This document shows, in pieces, positions 1 to 11,313 of a DNA stretch of 64,000 nt. The stretch lies in assembly GCF_963506605.1 (NCBI RefSeq), contig NC_083277.1, positions 4,030,001 through 4,094,000 on the forward strand, written 5' to 3'. This DNA comes from Zootoca vivipara. Lineage: Eukaryota. The position numbers and the translations under genes were made by a program. Position 1 is the stretch's first letter. Each line of letters starts with the position of its first letter. The notes under the pieces were generated by a model. That model was not told where the DNA came from, did no database searches, and was given only the letters and a program-made list of their open reading frames with translations.

Positions 1-199
1 TCTTTGTTTTAGCCACCCTGTGTAGCCACAGCTCATGTGTTCTCGTTGCTCACCCTGAACTCTTAAATCATTCTTGATCTGTTTTAAAAGCACAGGTTCC
101 GAATACTTATCCCACAAGAGAACAGATTTTTCTCTTCTAAATCCTTGCTTCAGCAATACTATCTCGCAATGTTCCCAGTATATTGGTTAAGCTCACAAT

Positions 200-800
200 A
201 TATATATTTATATATATAAATTTATTTATTTGGGTTTTCAGATTAAAATTTCACAGTCACACGTCCAACATTCAACATAGAAAGAAGATTCCCAAGAATC
301 TTCTGGACTTCCCTCTTCCCCTTTGTGGGTCTTATGGTTAGTCCTTTCCTCCTGCATATTTTATAATAATCCAAATATTTTACCTCTCCATTGTGTCCAA
401 AAATTCACCATTAAACTACAAGTGTTATTCCAATCCTACTAACGACTTTAACTGTTTACAATGGTTTTTAAGATAAATTATAAATTTTCCCCCATTCCTT
501 ATTAACATTTTGGTCTTCCTGATTTCTGAGTCTTCCGGTCATTTTAGCCATTTTGGTATAACCCATCAACTTGATCTGCCATTCTTCTCTGGTCAGGACT
601 TTATCTTCTTTCCATCTCTGGGCCAATAATATCTGCGCAGCCGTGGTTGCACACATAAATAGTCTTTTCTGCTCCCTTGGAATTTCGGCACCTAGAATTC
701 CTAAAAGGAAGGCTTCAGATTTTTTTTTTAGAAAAGGTTTTTTTAAAAACATTTTCCCCAAACTCATATAGCATTTCCCAAAATTCTTTTACTACCTTAG
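200..800 (-). mobile_element. L1/Tx1-clade LINE 3' fragment (ORF2 C-terminus and 3' UTR)
   Basis: ORF 468-767 (KKSEAFLLGIL...ATTAAQILLAQRWK...EEW) aligns by eye with the L1-like ORF at 8045-8668; AT-rich tail near 200-230. Confidence 0.75.
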
Positions 801-817
801 GTGTGTTGATCGTCCAG

Positions 818-936
818 GCTCTCTTGACCTTTGAGGAGGGGGCTGCGTTTTTCACAGAGGAGGAATGGGGCTCTAGTGTTGAAAGCTCTGCACGGGGGAG
901 CCACGCAGGAGAATTATGAGACGGTGGCCTCTCTAG
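818..936 (+). pseudogene. Frameshifted KRAB-A exon upstream of ZNF gene G1
   Basis: ccag acceptor, ALLTFEEGAAFFTEEEWG, then in another frame KALHGGATQENYETVASL-G|gtaag; 119 nt versus the usual 127-nt KRAB-A exon. Confidence 0.85.
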
Positions 937-1149
937 GTAAGGACGATTTGCTGCTTCTTTGACTGATAGGCACGGAATGCATGAAATTCCTTTTTGCCCC
1001 CATTGATCCCTTGTCTAGGCTCTGTGCTCTGGATGTTTGGGGAGGGGGTGCAGCTCAGTGGGAGAACAAATTAAGAGTGGGTGAGCAGCATCTGAATCAG
1101 AGATGGGGGGGGAGCAGTAAACTATCAGGGAGATTTAAGAGGTCTAAAT

Positions 1150-1255
1150 CAGGGGTTCCCAAACTAAGGCCCGGGGGCTGGATGTGGCCCAATTGCCGGA
1201 TTTAGAAGGCGATGGGACCGCATCCGGCCCCTGGGCCTTAGTTTGGGAACCCCTG
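1150..1255. mobile_element. Short hAT-type MITE
   Basis: 23-bp terminal inverted repeats CAGGGGTTCCCAAACTAAGGCCC...GGGCCTTAGTTTGGGAACCCCTG. Confidence 0.75.
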
Positions 1256-1311
1256 GATTAGAGGGACAGAAAGTCACCCCTGATAGAAGGCAACTTCCTG
1301 TGGACTTAAAG

Positions 1312-1563
1312 CAGAGGTCAGCAAACTTTTTCAGCAAACTTTTTTCAGTCCACTGTCCCTCAGACCTTGTGGGGGGCCAGAGTCTATTTTGGAAAAAAAT
1401 ATTAACGAATTCCTATGCCCCACAAATAACCCAAAGATGCATTTAAATAAAAGGACACATTCTACTCATGTAAAAACATGCTGATTCCCAGACCGTCCGC
1501 GGGCCGGATTTAGAAAGCAGTTGGGCCACATCCGGCCCCCGGGCCTTAGTTTGGGGACCCCTG
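1312..1563. mobile_element. Non-autonomous hAT transposon
   Basis: CAG...CTG imperfect TIRs and perfect 8-bp TSD ACTTAAAG (1304-1311, 1564-1571); partial copy at about 48296-48485. Confidence 0.85.
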
Positions 1564-2150
1564 ACTTAAAGGATCTTTGATTGTTAGATGCAAACACTTG
1601 AAGTGCGACCACCCCAGCCACAATCTGCTGCCCCTGGTCCAAAAGGCTCACCTTGAAGCAGGAGCAGGGGGTGTCAGGTACTCCCAAGGCCCAGCTAAGG
1701 AACCTCTCCTGGCTCTCAGTCTGCATCTTCTCATCAGTGGGAATGACGTGCAGAGAGAGAATTTTTATCATTGGAGCTGCCTTTTAGTCCAGAACCCCTA
1801 ATGCAGCTTCCAACAGTTTATGAGCAGTGCTGGGAGCAGCTGGATCCTAGCTACAAGTACTGGACTCAGAATCGCTGTCAAGACTCATGGCATGCTTAAT
1901 AAGGGACAGAAATTCTGGAAAAACAACAACAACATTGTTGTCTTCCGTTGGAAAAGGGAGATTCTCTTTTCCAAATTCACACATGTTCAGGTTCATAATT
2001 TGCATTGCTTAATCCGGTGAGTTTCTTTTTTTGGGGGGGGGAGGGGGAGCATTCTCCCTAGCATGATTTTTGCCCAACTGTGCCTCCATTTCTCGATCCC
2101 TCTTAATACTGTATACAGATTAAGAAGATCCCTGGATATTTTGTTCCCAG

Positions 2151-2254
2151 AAAGATCTATCCTTGGAAAGAAATTCTCCCGGTGGACTTGATGTCTTTGT
2201 TGAAAGGAAAAGAAGCAGTTTGCCAAGTCTCTGAGGAAGGAGAGAGAATGGCAG
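2151..2254 (+). CDS. KRAB-B-like exon of G1 (probable start ATG at 2191)
   Basis: EILPVDLMSLLKGKEAVCQVSEEGERMA-G|gtacag, phase-1 donor in frame with the finger exon at 3479; homologous to 13591-13679. Confidence 0.65.
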
Positions 2255-2567
2255 GTACAGATTTTTTTAACCCATAATGGGAAAGATTATAGCGGGAATA
2301 ACACATAACCTGCGGACCTGGGTTGCATTCATCTTAGGTCAATCCTGCCTTGGTGGTGAAGAACTCAGAGATCAGTGATAGAACACCATCTTTGGTTGTA
2401 GAAATCCGAAGGTTCAGTCTTGTCCTTGCCATCAACAGTCCCCATCTGAAACCCTGCAGAGCAGTGGTTTTCAATCAGTGTGCTGTGGCACCATGGGGGT
2501 GCCTTGAATGATGCTCAGGGGTGCCCAGTGCAACACTGGCCTCTGTCCCTCTTTCCTCCCTCCCTCA

Positions 2568-3270
2568 CTTGTGGGGTGCCTCAGGGTTCTGTCCTCTCCC
2601 CCATGCTTTTTAACATCTACATGCAGACGCTGGGAGAGATCATCAGGGGGTTTGGGCTGGGTGTTCATCAGTATGTGGATAATACCCAGCTCTACCTCTC
2701 TTTCAAATCAGAACCGCTGAAGGCGGTGAAGGTCCTGTGTGAGTGCCTGGAGGCGGTTGGAGGTTGGATGGCAGTTAACGGATTGAGGTTGAATCCTGAC
2801 AAGACAGAAGTACTGTTCGTGGGGGACAGGAGGCGGGCAGGTGTGGAGGACTCCCTGGTCCTGAATGGGGTAACTGTGCCCCTGAAGGACCAGGTGTGCA
2901 GCCTGGGGGTCATTCTGGACTCACAGCTCTCCATGGAGGCGCAGGTCAATTCTGTGTCCAGGGCAGCTGTCTATCAGCTCCATCTGTGTCCAGGGCAGCT
3001 GTCTATCAGCTCCATCTGTGTCCAGGGCAGCTGTCTATCAGCTCCATCTGCCCGGACACTGAGATCCAGCGCCGGGGGCCTTCTGACTGTTCCCTCGTTG
3101 TGAGAAGCCAAGTTGCAGGGAACCAGGCAGAGGGCCTTCTCGGTAGTGGGGGCAGCCCTGTTTAGGGAGGCTTTTAATGTTTAATAGATTATTTTATTTC
3201 ATTTTTTCTATTGTAAGCCACCCAGAGTGGCTGGGGAAACCCAGCCAGATGGGCGGGGTATAAATAATAA

Positions 3271-3308
<38 letters not shown>
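2568..3308 (+). mobile_element. L2-clade LINE 3' fragment (RT remnant, (ATT)n tail)
   Basis: [18 protein letters not shown]...QYVDNTQLYLSF RT motifs; 3' end CCCAGAGTGGCTGGGGAAACCCAGCCAGATGGGCGGGG plus (ATT)n. Confidence 0.85.
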
Positions 3309-3309
<1 letters not shown>

Positions 3310-3478
3310 GGATGGAGTTTATATTGTCCTCCTGGAGGGCAGCATATTCAGAAGGTAAACCCAGCTTTTGGTGTCTGCAAATAACATAAAATAATGCACC
3401 CATATACACAGAGTTTGAAATCCTTTGTTTTCTGCTGGAAATTTAAAAATGTTTTCTTTTTCTCAAACTTCACCGCAG

Positions 3479-4770
3479 CTGATGGGCGTAATAATGGGAA
3501 CTCGAAGGAGACACCTATGCTATCGTCGGAAACTCCTACAGCTGAAGAAGGAAAAGAGATGGTTGCAGGTGAAAGTGAACCTAAGAAGCACGGAGAAGAG
3601 AAATCCTCACCTTCTCTGGAGGTTAATGTCCATGAACCCCAAATCCTGCAGGAAGACGGACAAGGAAACAGCCAGAAAGTTTGTCCCGTGTGTGGGAAGA
3701 TATTTAGATACGAATCAAAGTTAAACAGGCATTGCAGAAGCCACACGGGAGAGAAGCCATTTAAGTGCACGGAGTGTGGAAAGAGCCTCAGTTCCAGCTG
3801 CAGCCTTCTTAAACATCTGAGAAGCCACACTGGGCTGAAACCGTTTAAATGCATGGAGTGTGGGAAGAGTTTCCGCGAGAGCAGTACCCTCCTTACGCAC
3901 ACGAGAACGCACACTGGGGAGAAACCCTTTAAATGCACGCAATGTGGGAAAACCTTCAGTAGGAACACTCAGCTTACTTTGCACCAGAGAACACACACAA
4001 GGGAGAAGCCATTCAAGTGCTTTGAGTGTGGAAGGACCTTCAACCAGCTCATCAATCTGACTTCCCATAGCATTATTCACACAGAGGAGAAGCTCTTTAA
4101 ATGCATGGAATGTGGGAAGTGCTTTGGCGACAGCAGCGGCCTTACTCAACATCAGAGAACCCACACAGGGGAGAAACCGTTTAAATGTACAGAGTGTGGA
4201 AAGGGTTTCAAGCAGCCCAACCACCTTACTATACATTACAGAACGCACACCGGGGAGAAGCCATTCAAATGCCTGGAATGCGGGAAGAACTTCAGCCAGC
4301 TCGTAAACCTTACTTCCCATCAGAGAATCCACACAGGGGAGAAACCCTTTAAATGCATGGAATGCGGGAAGAGCTTCACTGATAGTAGCGGCCTTGCTCA
4401 ACACCAGAGAACTCACACAGGGGAGAAGCCCTTTAAATGTACAGAGTGCGGGAAAAGCTTCCAACAGCCCAGCCGCCTTACTCTACATTATAGAATCCAC
4501 ACCGGGGAGAAGCCGTTTAAATGCCTGGAATGTGGGAAGAGCTTCACCCAGCTCATAAACCTTGCTTCACATCGCAGAACGCACACAGGGGAGAAACCCT
4601 TTCAGTGCAGGGAGTGTGGGAAGAGGTTCTGTAACAGCAGCAACCTCATTTCTCACAGCAGAACACACACTGGGGAGAAACCATTTAAATGTGCAGAATG
4701 TGGGAAGAGCTTCGCAAAGAAGAAAAGCCTTACTTTACATCACAAAAAACACACAGAAGGAACCATTTAG
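3479..4770 (+). CDS. C2H2 zinc-finger protein G1, finger exon (13 fingers)
   Basis: Polypyrimidine tract and cag acceptor at 3476-3478; 13 CxxC-x12-HxxxH fingers with TGEKP-type linkers; stop at 4770. Confidence 0.95.
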
Positions 4771-5849
4771 ATGTATTAGATGTGGGGAAAGCTTACTTTC
4801 CATCATGGAACACAGGTTTCTTGGGGGGGGGGGTAGCTTTTACACGCAGAGAATGTGGAAGGTTTAGTGTGAGCAGTAGCCTTCCTTTAAATCGAAGAAG
4901 ACAGAGGATAATGAACACATAAAGAAGTGTCTTGGTGGATCAGGCCCATAGTCTATTTAGTCCAGCGTCTGATTTTCACAAGCAGTAAACACATTTGAAT
5001 GTAGAGTGTGGAAAGAGTTGAGTGTTAGCAATGCCCTTCCTTTACATCAAAGAATGCCCAGTGTGGAATTTTCTTGAGGGTACAGGCCTGCCTTACTATA
5101 GAAAGTACTCCGCTTTCTCTTCCTCAAAGGACCCACAAAGAGAAGGGAACCTATAACTATGAAATGGGGAAAGCGTTTCAGGGACAGGAGTTCTCTTCCA
5201 TGAAAGAATGCACCCAGCAGGAATCCAAACAAATTAATTGAACCTCAAAAGAGCATCAATGAGGAGCACACTTGTTTCACATGGAAGAAGCTACCTGAGG
5301 AAGACAGTAAGAATGAAGGGGGGTTAGAAAGAGGTCATTCGACATCTGAAAATCTAAACGCATTGATAAAGGAGCACGCTTTCATTTCCTACAGTCAATT
5401 AGATGCTGGACTAGTGGTTCTGTAAACAGTAACATTTGAGAGAAATGAACTGCAATGTAATACATGCAAAAGTATTATGAACTGTAGAAAACAGAATGTT
5501 TGACCATTTAGTTACTAGCGTTCCTATGTCAATTATAGGTGTAGTGGGATAGTAAACCGTGAGTGGATTGCAAAAGAACTGCTTGACAAGTTCTTATCAG
5601 GGTCAGCCCCAGGCATCCTGCAACTTAAGGAGAAGTGGCCCCTTCCCGTTCCCTGGAGAGAACCCAACAGGACTGACTTTAATCTTTCTTCTGCACTGGA
5701 GAGGTGACAGCATCTTGCACTTCTCTGGAGCCAGCAGGCCGGGAATTTTGACCCTAGGATAGGCAGTGTGGCCATAGAGAGGAATGACTTCCGGGGTGGG
5801 GGGGTGGGGGCAGGAGAAATAGTATGTGGGAAAATAAGCTGTAATAATG

Positions 5850-6040
5850 AAATAAAAAAAATCCTTCCAGTAGGCCCTTAGAGACCAACTAAGTTTGTCA
5901 TAGGTATGAGCTTTCATGTGCATGCACACGAAAGCTCATACCTATGACAAACTTAGTTGGTCTCTAAGGTGCTACTGGAAGGATTTTTTAATTTTGTTTT
6001 GACTGCGTCAGATCAACACGGCTACCTACCTGTAACTTGT
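5850..6040. mobile_element. Penelope-like terminal repeat fragment forming a long palindrome
   Basis: Arms match the end of the Penelope at 55717-55840; centre GTGCATGCAC. Confidence 0.75.
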
Positions 6041-6104
6041 AATAATGAAGTGAGCAGACATTGTAGAATTTATTGCAAGGGTCTTCAGCTTATTTTAGAA
6101 GGGA

Positions 6105-6300
6105 TGATCAAGGATCTAAGAGGAATGGTTGAAGGAGCTAGGTGTGTTTAGCCTGGAAAAGAGGAGAGGAGATACAATAGCCATCTTTAAATATCTCAAG
6201 GGCTGTCACTTGGAAGATGGAGCAAGCTTGTTTTCTCCTGCTCTGGAAGGTAGGACTCGAACCAGTGGCTTCCAGTTACAAGAAAGGAGATTCCGACTGA
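6105..6300 (+). mobile_element. Old CR1 3' fragment
   Basis: [26 protein letters not shown] matches the CR1 ORF2 C-terminus at about 30560-30720. Confidence 0.8.
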
Positions 6301-6499
6301 AGCACAGGGATGAAAGCTTTCTCAGGCAGCTCAGCAATAAATCTCAACGAAGCTGACATTTCCCTGTAGCCAGCAAAACTTGGCAAAGCATACAGCAAAA
6401 CCTAGCAGAACTTCTGGGGCGGAAAATGAAGATTTAGTTGGGATGGGGATATACCTATCCTTTGCAAGTTGTGAATTGTGGCAGGAAGGGAGGGAGAAG

Positions 6500-6570
6500 A
6501 AGGAAGGAAGGAAGGAAGGAAGGAAGGAAGGAAGGAAGGAAGGAAGGAAGGAAGGAAGGAAGGAAGGAAG
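6500..6570. repeat. (GGAA)n microsatellite
   Basis: Direct observation. Confidence 0.95.
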
Positions 6571-7299
6571 GTTAAGTAAGTAAATAAGTATTGGAGAGAG
6601 TGGAGACTAACTTTCAGGAAGTGATTGGGGGGATGGCAGTGGTGAAGAGGCAAAGTTCTGGACCATGTGAGTTTTTTTGAGTATGTAAGAAAATGGGAGC
6701 CAATCCATTATCTTAATTCCTGGAGACCAGACTGCTATCCTGCGTGTAAGATCCCAGAAGCCTGTTCCCTTCTAATGCTTTGCAGTCAGGGCAGATGAAA
6801 ATATAGGAAGCTTTCCCTAAATAGTCGAGGAAGTTTAGATGGGCCAGCGTAGGATTTAGCAGTGGATAAGTTTTTTAAAAAAGTTGCTTGATGTAGCACG
6901 TATGTATAACAGCCTCTTTACCTAATACATTGATATAGTTTACCGTAGTTTTCCCACATAATCTTGGCATCCTAATAGTTCCTATGTATAATGCACCTTT
7001 GATTTTCCTTGATACTTTGTGGGTTAAACTTGCGTCTTTCATAAACTGAATTGCATTCATTGGTCTTTTGTTGACGTGTTTTAAATAAAGCAGATTTCGA
7101 AAACCACAGAAAAAGAATACTGTTTTTAAGGATGTTGTACAGCACACAGCCGATGTTCCAGGAGGTCCTAATCCAGGCATCCCCAAACTGCGGCCCTCCA
7201 GATGTTTTGGCCTACAACTCCCATAATCCCTAGCTAACAGGACCAGTGGTCAGGGATGATGGGAATTGTAGTCCAAAACATCTGGAGGGCTGAAGTTTG

Positions 7300-7506
7300 G
7301 CGAACCAGAGCAGCGCACGGAAACGCCGTTTAGCTTCCGGCCAGAGCGGTCCCTATTTATCTACTTGCACTTTGATGTGCTTTCGAACTGCTAGGTGGGC
7401 AGGAGCTGGGACCGAGCAACGGGATTCAAACTGCAGGGATTCGAACCGATGACCTTCTGATCAGCAAGCCCTAGACTCTGGTTTAACCCACAGCGCCACC
7501 TGGGTC
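7300..7506 (-). mobile_element. Sauria SINE fragment
   Basis: Reverse complement of the SINE at 39494-39795. Confidence 0.75.
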
Positions 7507-7721
7507 TTACTGGGAGCCAATGTAGGTCTTTTAGGACCGGTGTTATGTGGTCTCCCAGTCACCAGTTTAATGGCACGCTCCAGTGTGCTGTTATATGACC
7601 AGGTGAGCCACAGTACTGGTTCAGTTTTAAAAGCTTTATTAAACATGTAACTGGTTTTTTCAGCCATCAGTGGAGCTGGACCCTGGGGCCTTGGGATCAA
7701 AGTCACAGGCTTCACTTAGAC

Positions 7722-7857
7722 CAGGCTTCCTCAACCTCGGCCCTCCAGATGTTTTGAGGCTACAATTCCCATCATCCCTGACCACTGGTCCTGCTAGCTA
7801 GGGTTCATGGGAGTTGTAGGCCAAAAACATATGGAGGGCCGCGTTTGAGGAAGCCTG
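7722..7857. mobile_element. 136-bp hAT MITE
   Basis: CAGGC...GCCTG TIRs, 8-bp TSD ACTTAGAC; same family at 7174-7300, 10830-10938, 17822-17957, 33402-33537. Confidence 0.85.
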
Positions 7858-8102
7858 ACTTAGACAAAGTGGCTCAATCACTGTAGCCAAGGACAGCCCA
7901 GCAGAGCTGGGGAGGAGGAGCTCCACTATAGCCTGCTGGGAGACATCAGAGGCATAGCAAAGTAGTGAATATATGCTGGAAGCTGCCTAGAGTGGCTGGG
8001 GAAACCCAGCCAGATGGGTGGGGCAATAATAATAATAATAGCAATTGCACATAGCAGTGCGTGCCAGAGACTACGGTAAACCTTTGAAGTTGCTGCAAGC
8101 AA

Positions 8103-9198
8103 TGATGGAGGATTGGGAAAGGTTATGGAAGAAGAATATAAAATTTACTGCATGTACTGTTTTAAGAGAAAATAGGATGAAAATGATGTATAGATGGTAT
8201 TTAACACCAGTAAAAATTGCTAAGATTTACCATAATCAAGATAATAAGTGTTGGAAATGTAAAAAGGTGCAAGGAACATTCTATCACATGTGGTGGACTT
8301 GCCCACTAGTTAAGGATTTCTGGGGAAAGATTTATAATGAGTTGAAAAAAGTGCTGAAAAGCACTTTTATTAAGAAACCAGAATCTTTTCTATTGGGCGT
8401 AGTAGGAAAGGAATTGCCTATGAAAGGTGTACATTTGTTTTTATATGCCACAACTGCGGCCAGAATATTGCTAGCAAAGTATTGGAAGACACAGAAGATA
8501 CCTACAGTGGAGGAATTGCAAATGAAGGAATTGCAAATGAAGATGTTGGACTATATGGAACTTGCTGATTTGACCGGAAGACTACGTGACCGGGGAGAGG
8601 AGAAGGTGGAAGAGGAATGGAAGAAATTTAGAATTTATTATAAAAAATATTGTAGAATTGATGTATGAGGAGAATTATAAGCAATTGTGAAGTTGCAGGT
8701 TAAGAAATTAAGTGAGATAGAATAATAGGTTAGAATATTCATGGATCAATGCCTTGTCGTGGCGAAGGGGCTTGAATAACTCAGAGAAGCTATGAGCTAT
8801 GCCATGCAGGGCCACCCAAGATGGACAGGTCATAGTGGAGAGTTTTGACTAAACGTGATCCACCTGGAGAAGGAACTGGCAAGCCACTCCAGTAACCCTG
8901 CCAAGAAAACTCCATGGACAAAGAATATTATAATTAGTTGTAAAATTGAGAAAAGGATGCTGTAATTGTAATTAGGTTTGGAAAATAAGATATAGAACTT
9001 GCCAAGAATGTTATGCAATGAACCGTTAGAAGGGGGACTCGGGGAAGTCCCTTACCAAAATGAGAAAAAAATGGAACTTATATGATGCTGTTTTTTGTTT
9101 TCTTTTTTCTTCTTTTTTATTTTAAAAAATGGATGTTATAACAATGTACAATTACATGGATGTGATTCCTTTCTTTTTATAAAATTCAATAAATAATA
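8103..9198 (+). mobile_element. 5'-truncated L1/Tx1-clade LINE
   Basis: ORF2 C-terminal Cys-rich motif CWKC-x8-HMWWTC; AATAAA near 9188; 19-bp TSD TTGAAGTTGCTGCAAGCAA (8084-8102, 9199-9217). Confidence 0.9.
8740..8921 (+). mobile_element. Short BovB-5'-like (Bov-A-like) element nested in the L1
   Basis: GCCTTGTC...GCCATGCAGGGCCACCCAAGATGGACAGGTCAT...GGAGAAGGAACTGGCAAGCCACTCCAGTA resembles the BovB 5' region; 8-bp direct repeat AGAATATT. Confidence 0.6.
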
Positions 9199-9809
9199 TT
9201 GAAGTTGCTGCAAGCAAGGAACCCTGTGTAGGCTACTCAAACTAAGAATTTTGTGGACACCCCAAGCAGACTACTGCAGACGGGGCTGATTTCTGCTCCT
9301 GAGACTGCAAACATAAAGCGTCCTTGTTGCTGGGTTGAGCCACAGAGATCTGTGAGTGTAATTTCTTTCACACAAGCACTTGTACATATGCAGAGAAATG
9401 GTGAGCATTCTCTATTTTTTTTTGTATTAATATTTTATTGAAAAGGTTTCGATTCTAAAGGAATAAAGTGATGCAAAGAAAAAGAGAAGAAAAATAAAAA
9501 AGCACAAAAATGGGTAGGAACCCCCCCCCTCCATATACAATATACAAAGAGCACCCTGACCCATACTTTCTTTTATAAATTTGATATTACTATCCTAATA
9601 CATATGTAAATATTAACAGTCAATTACATTTTATTTATGAGTATAAACTCATTCCAAACACTGTTATTTATCCAAACAAAGTCTACGTCAGTAAGATCTA
9701 GGGCAGAGCTCTTTTCATGTTGGCGACACACTTTTTGGACATGCATCGTTTCGCAACACAGTGATTCAGTTTTACAAGCAAACCGGAGGTTAAACTAACC
9801 CCTTTAAAA

Positions 9810-10003
9810 CAATTCCTTCCAGTAGCACCTTAGAGAACAACAAAGTTTGTCATTGGTTTGAGCTTCCATGTCTGAAGAAGTCTGCATGCACACGGAAGCT
9901 CATACCAATGACAAACTTAGTTGGTCTCTAAGGTGCTACTGGAAGGAATTTTCTTATTTTGTTTCGACTACAGCAGACCAACACGGCTACCTACCTGTAA
10001 CTA
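9810..10003. mobile_element. Penelope-like inverted terminal fragment (hammerhead core mutated, GAAA>GGAA)
   Basis: Same sequence family as 5850-6040 and 55717-55840. Confidence 0.75.
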
Positions 10004-10964
10004 ACCCCTTTAGTTTGGAAAGCTCTGGTCTAGGGTTTCTATCTCCTTTGTAGGTCAAGCATCCTGAAGCAAACTTAGCATAAAGGAAAATGGGAGAAAA
10101 GGTGATGCCCCAGGTATCTATCCTATACCTATGCACTCAGATTTGTATAGATCATATTCCTCTCATCCCCACCGGTGCATTGTGGCAGCATCAGCTGTGA
10201 TAAACCCCCAAACGGCCTTGTTTCCACCTCTTTCTTCGTCTCCCGCAAAAGTACTTTAACACAACCCACAGGGCCCCCCCACTGCCTTGTCACATTGGGG
10301 CAGGGAGGCCAAAATTTGATGCACCTCCCACTTGCAGAGCATTCCGAAAGCTGGGGAAAGGAAGTGCTGGGCTTTGGGAAGGAGAGGAGAGGCTCTGGCA
10401 GGGTGCTAGAAGTCTCCCATCTCCTTCCCTAAACTGGGGAAGTGCTTACTAAAGTTTGGGAAGGAGGTGGTGTCGGTCCTGGCTGAGGAGTAGGAGGAGT
10501 GGTGAAGACCACCTCCCCATCTTGACCCTTTCAGGGAGGAGGAACAGTTTAGATTTACAACAGGGGTTTGAGGGAGGTCACAGCTTGGAGGCAGATGAGG
10601 GGAAAAGTTGGGAAATGATGGGAGAGGCAGAGCAGCAGCTGGGTGACCAGTTGCCACTAGAAAGCATTCCAGACCCACCATCTCCCAGAACCCGGCGAGC
10701 CTTAAAAGTAGGAGAGCAAAGAGCTCAAAGACAGAGGGCACTTAGGGGCACCCGTAGAGGAGGTGATGAGGAGGAGTGAGGAAGTGGGAGAGACGGGGGC
10801 TGGAGATTCACTTGGGACAACACCCAAGTGATGTTTTGGCCTACAACTCCCATGATCCCTAGCTAACAGGACCAGTGGTCAGGGAAAATGGGAATTGTAG
10901 TCCAAAACACCTGGAGGGCCGAAGTTTGGGGGTGCCTGATTTAAAGGGTTCCTCTCCAGTGTGT

Positions 10965-11162
10965 CGAAACAAAAAAATTCCTTCCAGTAGCACCTTAGAG
11001 ACCAACTAAGTTTGTCATTGGTATGAGCTTTCGTGTGCATGCACACTTCTTCAGACACGGAAGCTCATACCAATGACAAACTTAGTTGTTCTCTAAGGTG
11101 CTACTGGAAGGAATTTTCTTATTTTGTTTTGAGTACGGCAGACCAACACGGCTACCTACCTG
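10965..11162. mobile_element. Penelope-like inverted terminal fragment downstream of the G2 stop
   Basis: Inverted arms of the same repeat family. Confidence 0.75.
11021..11058 (-). ncRNA. Minimal hammerhead ribozyme motif (Penelope-derived)
   Basis: Minus strand GUGU-CUGAAGA-A-GUGUG CAUG CACAC-GAAA-GC-UC-AUAC: intact core, stem I, stem II, palindromic stem III. Confidence 0.65.
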
Positions 11163-11313
11163 TGTCCAGTGTATGTTATTGTATGGTCTATTCCTGTAAA
11201 TAAACGTTTCCCCACATTCCCTGTTTCCAAATGGTCTCTCCCCAGTGTGTTCTGTAACGTAATGTAAGGTAATCTGGGCGAGCTTACAGTAGTTTTCCGC
11301 ACATTCCATGCAA

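Noticed and set aside
2955-3050. Three tandem 32-bp repeats that could suggest a CRISPR-like array
   Set aside because: No spacers; a local slippage duplication inside an L2 fragment in a vertebrate genome.
3348-4464. Long antisense and alternative-frame ORFs over finger exons (also 11584-12475 and 61183-62946)
   Set aside because: Expected by-products of repetitive zinc-finger codon structure; no independent evidence of coding.
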